Shown here one piece after another: positions 59,281 to 64,000 of a DNA stretch of 64,000 nucleotides; the stretch's first letter is position 1; the number at the start of each line of letters is the position of its first letter. Origin of the DNA: Candidatus Delongbacteria bacterium (GTDB lineage Bacteria > UBA4055); assembly GCA_016938275.1 (NCBI GenBank), contig JAFGUZ010000204.1:9820-73819 (forward strand), in the 5' to 3' direction. The notes under the pieces were generated by a model that saw only the letters and a program-made list of their open reading frames with translations, was not told the DNA's origin and did no database searches. A program made the translations under genes and the position numbers.

Positions 59281-60477
59281 ATGAGACATTCTAAACTTTT
59301 TTCATCTCTGATACTACTTTGTTTTGCTTCTTTTGTTTCTGGTAGTATAGTTATCAATCCTGGTGCAAAGGTAGTACAATTTGCAGGAAAAGCTTCATTT
59401 AGTGGAAATTTGATAAATAATGGTATTTTTTCAGCAAATGGAGAAAGCTCGTTTATAGGAAGTAATAATTCTATTATTTCAGGAGTTAATGAGTTTTATT
59501 CTATGAGTATCAATAAAAGTAGCGGTTCTGTCATTATTGCTAATGATATCCGAATATTAAATAATTTATCATTTCAAAATGGAAACCTTATAACTGGCGA
59601 CTATACTGTTTCTCTAGAGAATTCTGGAACTTTAAGTGGAGAGTCTTCGAGTTCCTCTATCATTGGAAATCTTTATATATCCAGATATGTTAATACTACT
59701 GCAAATAGTTTAGGTAATGCGGGTTTGTCAATCAGTAGTGGATTGGATAATCTTGGTATCGTTAAGCTGTATAGAACTACAGGAACAAATGGAATTGTAA
59801 ATATTAATTCAGCAGATGGTATAAAGCGTAAATGGTATATTTCTCCTCAAAACCAACCATTACATGGGCGAGATATTACTTTTAATTGGTTAGCAAATGA
59901 AGATAATGGCATCGACTTAACTAGATCTAAAGTGTGGCTGAGTAGTAATGGCAACAATTGGCAAACAATAGGACAATTAACGAATGCTTCAGTTACAAGA
60001 TCAATTACTGTTCCCACTACATATTTTGGTCACTTAACAGTAAATTCATCCAGTGAGCCACTTCCGAGCTCAATTACTTTTGAAGAGGATGGAAGCAAAG
60101 TTGTTAATTTTACTGCTTATATTTCTGGAGCTAAGAAGAAAGCTCAAAAGTTTAGTAAGAAAATTAGTCAAGTCTCTGAATTTAACAAAGCAACTACTCT
60201 TACTGTAACTGGAAATAATAATATTATAGCTGATATCAATGGATTTGATGTAACTTTTTCGGCAAACGAGGATTGGAATGGTACTGAAAATTTAGAATTT
60301 TCTGTATATGATCCTGCAAAAGGCTCAACTATACTTGGAACTGTTGCGGTTATAGTTTCGCCAGTGAATGATCCACCGGTAAATACGACCCCACCTTCAA
60401 TTTACATGCCTATACCACGAATTGGTGGTGTTATAAATGGAAGTGTAGGTGTCTGGAATGATGATAAGGATCAATAA
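59281..60477 (+). CDS. Secreted beta-rich surface protein with an Ig/cadherin-like C-terminal segment
   Basis: Signal peptide LLCFASFVSG. The C-terminus SPVNDPPVNTTPPSI is typical of adhesin-type repeat domains. The gene lies 4 nt downstream of the fibre gene. Confidence 0.5.
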   Translation: MRHSKLFSSLILLCFASFVSGSIVINPGAKVVQFAGKASFSGNLINNGIFSANGESSFIGSNNSIISGVNEFYSMSINKSSGSVIIANDIRILNNLSFQNGNLITGDYTVSLENSGTLSGESSSSSIIGNLYISRYVNTTANSLGNAGLSISSGLDNLGIVKLYRTTGTNGIVNINSADGIKRKWYISPQNQPLHGRDITFNWLANEDNGIDLTRSKVWLSSNGNNWQTIGQLTNASVTRSITVPTTYFGHLTVNSSSEPLPSSITFEEDGSKVVNFTAYISGAKKKAQKFSKKISQVSEFNKATTLTVTGNNNIIADINGFDVTFSANEDWNGTENLEFSVYDPAKGSTILGTVAVIVSPVNDPPVNTTPPSIYMPIPRIGGVINGSVGVWNDDKDQ

Positions 60478-60870
60478 CCTCATCAATAAATTCATTCAAT
60501 ATAATTGTATATGTTATATACCATTTTATTTGAAATATTTAGGGTGTTGAATATCTTTAAGACCTGACTATTTTTATCTGATCAGCATAATATTTCATGA
60601 ATGCTTTGAATAATAGAACTGAAATCATGATTAAGATTAAGCCGTTAAATAAATTCTCTCAGTATATAATTTTTGACTCTTATTCATTATAAAATTGTTT
60701 TGATAAGATTTAATTGTTAACGGAATTTTTTTTTAAAAATATTGACAACATTTGTTTAACATCTTACTGTTATTTGATGATAAATCTTTTTTTAAGTGTA
60801 GGATGGTATGTTAAAGTGTTTTATAAGAATATCTTTAATTTCAGTAAATATAGTTTAGGAGTTTGTTTAT

Positions 60871-62742
60871 ATGAAAAGTTTTTCAAATGTAATATTATTT
60901 ATAATTAGTCTTATAGTTGTATCGTGTTCTGACTTAGAAAACGTGTCTCCATTTTATTCGATGAAATGGATTGATGGTGATTTGCATGTTCAAATTGATC
61001 AGGATGAGAAAGAATTGTTTACTGTTGTTGAAATTGAAAAAGTATCGTTTAATAAAATATGTAATGAACTAAAATCAAATTCATATTCTTGGAAATATGA
61101 TTTAATTGAAGATTTTGTAAAAACGTTACGAAATTTAGGATTAGAAATTACAAAAGAATTAACAGTAAAATTAAAAACTACTACGGGTGCTATTGTTGAA
61201 AAAGAAGTTATTTTATCTAAAAGTAAATGGATAAATAACACCCTAGAAATTCATGATTATCCAATTGATGAGTATACCTCTGCTAATCCGAACAATGCAT
61301 ATGATTTTTTGAAATTGGAACCTCTTAAAGAAGCTACATCTATAAAACGTAATAAAAGTGCTCTATCGAGTGTTATTTCAAAACAAGTTGCTGTAGATTA
61401 CATTGATAGATTACAAGGAATAATAGAGAACAACTTCTCTTACAAGGAAAGGTTTAATGGGAGCTATTTGGAGGCTTTATCTGTTCTAAGAAATTCTATT
61501 GGGGATTCAATTTTTATATCCGACCTAGAGAGCAAAGTGAGTAAATTTATTGCATTGTTTGGAGATGGACATGCTGGCTATATTTTTTCAAATGGTAGAT
61601 ATAACAATCTTTATCTCCCATTTTTAATTAACAAAATCAATGGAGAATACATTGCTTTTAATAATGATCGAGATTCATTTTTAGAACCAGAATATCCGAT
61701 AATTGAAAAAATAGATGGAGTTGATATAAACAAATGGATTGAAGTAGCTAAGTTGTATATCCCAAGAGGTTCAAATCAATATATCTCTATTAACGAAGTT
61801 AAAAAATTAAGAGAGATTAACCAATTACGATTAGAATTGAATCTTCCTTTAGAAGATAGAGTTTGTTTAGAGCTTAGCTCATTGGACCGATCATCAAGTA
61901 AAAAAATTCAACTTGATCTTATCGAATCGAAACCACAATACGGAACAGGTTATGACAATGTTTCAAAGATTTTAGATAGCAATATTGGTTATCTTCGAAT
62001 AAAAAAAATGGAGAAAACAAGTGATGATATAATAAAACAAATGGATAACTTCAGGTCAACTGACGCCCTTATTATTGATGTAAGAGGTAATGGTGGAGGT
62101 AACCGAAAAATTATAGTTGATCTTTTACCCTATTTTTTAGATGAAAATGAATTTTATGTATCAAATTTAGCGAAATACTGTATTCAGCCTTATGACGAAA
62201 AAAATGTAAAAGAAGGGTATTTAGAAGATCGATTTATGTATCCTATATCATCTGATAAGTTTAACGAATTTGAGAAAAATGAATTAAAACAATTTATAAA
62301 CACTTTTGAGCCTGTTTGGGTTCCAAATGATGAAAAATTTTCAGAGTGGCATTTTATGGTTCACAGAAAGAAAGACAATCCTTTAAGCTACAAATATGAT
62401 AAGGAAGTTATAATATTGATGGATTCGAACTGTTTTAGTGCTACAGATGTGCTTTTAAATGCTTTTAAAGGTCGAAAAAACGTCACGATGATTGGTGCTC
62501 CAAGCGGAGGTGGAAGCGGAAGATCTTATATTTATTTCTTTCCTAGTGACCCAATCAATCTTTTAAGACTTTCAACAATGATTTCGTATAAAACTAATGG
62601 AGAATTGATCGAAGGAAATGGAATCTATCCGGATATTTTCAAAGAAGAATCTATTACTGATTTTACTGGTAAATCTGATTCTATTTTAGACGCTGCTATA
62701 GAAGTTATAAAGAAAGGGCAGACACTTAATACTAGAGAATAA
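60871..62742 (+). CDS. S41-family peptidase, lipoprotein (paralog of 38229..39752)
   Basis: Lipobox LIVVSCSD. S41 motifs IIDVRGNGGGN and DSNCFSATDVLLNAFKG. Confidence 0.75.
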   Translation: MKSFSNVILFIISLIVVSCSDLENVSPFYSMKWIDGDLHVQIDQDEKELFTVVEIEKVSFNKICNELKSNSYSWKYDLIEDFVKTLRNLGLEITKELTVKLKTTTGAIVEKEVILSKSKWINNTLEIHDYPIDEYTSANPNNAYDFLKLEPLKEATSIKRNKSALSSVISKQVAVDYIDRLQGIIENNFSYKERFNGSYLEALSVLRNSIGDSIFISDLESKVSKFIALFGDGHAGYIFSNGRYNNLYLPFLINKINGEYIAFNNDRDSFLEPEYPIIEKIDGVDINKWIEVAKLYIPRGSNQYISINEVKKLREINQLRLELNLPLEDRVCLELSSLDRSSSKKIQLDLIESKPQYGTGYDNVSKILDSNIGYLRIKKMEKTSDDIIKQMDNFRSTDALIIDVRGNGGGNRKIIVDLLPYFLDENEFYVSNLAKYCIQPYDEKNVKEGYLEDRFMYPISSDKFNEFEKNELKQFINTFEPVWVPNDEKFSEWHFMVHRKKDNPLSYKYDKEVIILMDSNCFSATDVLLNAFKGRKNVTMIGAPSGGGSGRSYIYFFPSDPINLLRLSTMISYKTNGELIEGNGIYPDIFKEESITDFTGKSDSILDAAIEVIKKGQTLNTRE

Positions 62743-63038
62743 AATAGAGAGCGACACATGGGATAAATATTTCATGCTTTTCATAATATCAAATCCATTT
62801 ATTGTTTGTATCAATTTAGCTTCAATTGGAGTTATTTTTAACAATGTAAAACTCATATTTTCTATAATGAAAATAACTCTGGTAATATCTGACGCCTATT
62901 TTTGGGTAGATAATTATCATTATTGAATTTTGTTATTGAAACACTAGATATAACTAATTATGAATTTCTAAGAAAATACTTTTACTTAAAATTATTCAAA
63001 TCGATTTTATTTTGATTATAGAAGTCCATAAGTAAATG

Positions 63039-64000
63039 TTATTTAAAAATGATTCTATTTGTTACAGAATCACCATTCATAGTTACTTTCATATAACCTG
63101 CTAATCCATCAAGTTCAGAGCCATTAACATAAATTGTACTGGAATCAGGATCATCAGTTTCATAACCCAGAATATTACAAATCAGATTGCTCAGTTCAAA
63201 ATGAGATCTAACAGATTTAGCTTTTTGATAGAAGGGGTCGTCTCTTTTGAGTCCTAAAAAAACTAATGGAACTTCATATATAGTTGGATGAATCCATCCA
63301 TGTCCTTTTTTACCATCTTCACCTAGGAATTCCCCATGATCGGAAACGTAAATTAAGTAGGTATCATTCCCTAAAACTTTCCTAAAATAGTTATAAATTC
63401 TTTTTAAAAAGCTATCAGTATAGGAGACTGTATTGTCATAAGGGTTCTCAAAAATATTGAAATCATCACTATAATAGTTGTAAGGGGAATGCGAACCTCG
63501 TTGTTGTATTAGTATAAAATTATCATTATCATTAAATTTGCAATTTTCAATATATTTAACAATATCCATATCATATGACCCTGACAGGTTATAATTGTTT
63601 TTTAAAGTGGTTCTGTTTTCGTAAAGGTCAACATTCTCAAATCGGAATAAATCAATCAACGTTTCTACCTCATTTTTTGACTGTCCAGAAATGAATGATG
63701 TGTTAAACCCATTATCTTTAGCTAACTTAAAAAGATTGTTTTCGCCATCAACTAATTGATTTGTATCAGGATATTTTAATCTATTTAATAATGTTGCAAA
63801 TGAAACCTTTGTCATAGTTCCACCCGAAAAAATCTTTCGATAAGTTACGAGAGAGTCTGTGTTTAAGGAGTCCAGAAAAGGAGTTGTTTTTTCACTATAT
63901 CCATACAAACTCAATCTATCCCATCTCAGCGATTCGCCAAAAACAAGTATTACGTTTCTTTTTGGATTATTTTCGACAATTTTTGGAGTAGATAATTCAA
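63039..64000 (-). CDS. Phosphoethanolamine-transferase/sulfatase-family enzyme (EptA-like catalytic domain); 5' end beyond the right edge
   Basis: The listed M at 63914 is a TTG (Leu). The frame stays open to 64000 and reads ...NVILVFGESLRWDRLSLYGYSEKTTPFL. Later motif YVSDHGEFLGEDGKKGHGW. Confidence 0.75.
   Translation of the reverse strand, partial: ELSTPKIVENNPKRNVILVFGESLRWDRLSLYGYSEKTTPFLDSLNTDSLVTYRKIFSGGTMTKVSFATLLNRLKYPDTNQLVDGENNLFKLAKDNGFNTSFISGQSKNEVETLIDLFRFENVDLYENRTTLKNNYNLSGSYDMDIVKYIENCKFNDNDNFILIQQRGSHSPYNYYSDDFNIFENPYDNTVSYTDSFLKRIYNYFRKVLGNDTYLIYVSDHGEFLGEDGKKGHGWIHPTIYEVPLVFLGLKRDDPFYQKAKSVRSHFELSNLICNILGYETDDPDSSTIYVNGSELDGLAGYMKVTMNGDSVTNRIIFK

Noticed and set aside
1-64000. 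Searched by eye for CRISPR arrays, tRNA/rRNA/tmRNA genes, IS elements and prophage blocks.
   Set aside because: No regularly spaced direct repeats, no tRNA-like T-arm/acceptor pattern, no rRNA-like GC-rich blocks and no transposase ORFs were found. A tRNAscan or Infernal run is still advisable for regions 309-503 and 3613-4087.

Overview
AT-rich (about one-third GC by eye) chromosomal window from a bacterium I cannot place taxonomically. Gene content suggests a diderm (lptB, EptA-like transferase), motile (flgM, cheR, cheB), probably anaerobic (1Fe superoxide reductase) organism. About 30% of the window (9.6-28.1 kb, minus strand) is the complete str/S10/spc/alpha ribosomal-protein supercluster, rpsL-rpsG-fusA-tuf-rpsJ...rpoA-rplQ. 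It includes an rpmJ that is absent from the ORF track. Most other genes are housekeeping or envelope functions: cheR-cheB, xseB, ptsH-ptsI, a DinG-type exonuclease-helicase, comEC, cdsA, rsfS, coaX, lptB, dus, a split LysO exporter, an NtrC-type two-component pair, two S41 lipoprotein peptidases, S9 peptidases and a UDP-glucuronate epimerase. There is also a 1231-aa tandem-cyclase/STAND/TPR protein followed by an S74-chaperone fibre protein. The most interesting region is the left end (0.36-3.6 kb). There, a C-terminal relic of an IntI-like tyrosine recombinase lies next to a translationally coupled gene pair (AbiC-like membrane protein plus DUF262 protein). The pair is followed by a 132-bp imperfect palindrome laid out like an integron attC site. 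The upstream boundary of the pair is exactly complementary to the R'' box of that palindrome. I read this as a decayed integron-like platform carrying a two-gene candidate antiphage cassette, inserted between two S9 peptidase genes. A second item worth checking is a GC-rich, hairpin-dense 140-nt element in the 570-bp gap upstream of the cyclase/STAND gene. I saw no rRNA, tRNA, CRISPR array or intact transposase. All calls rest on reading the translations and sequence by eye; no database search was possible.
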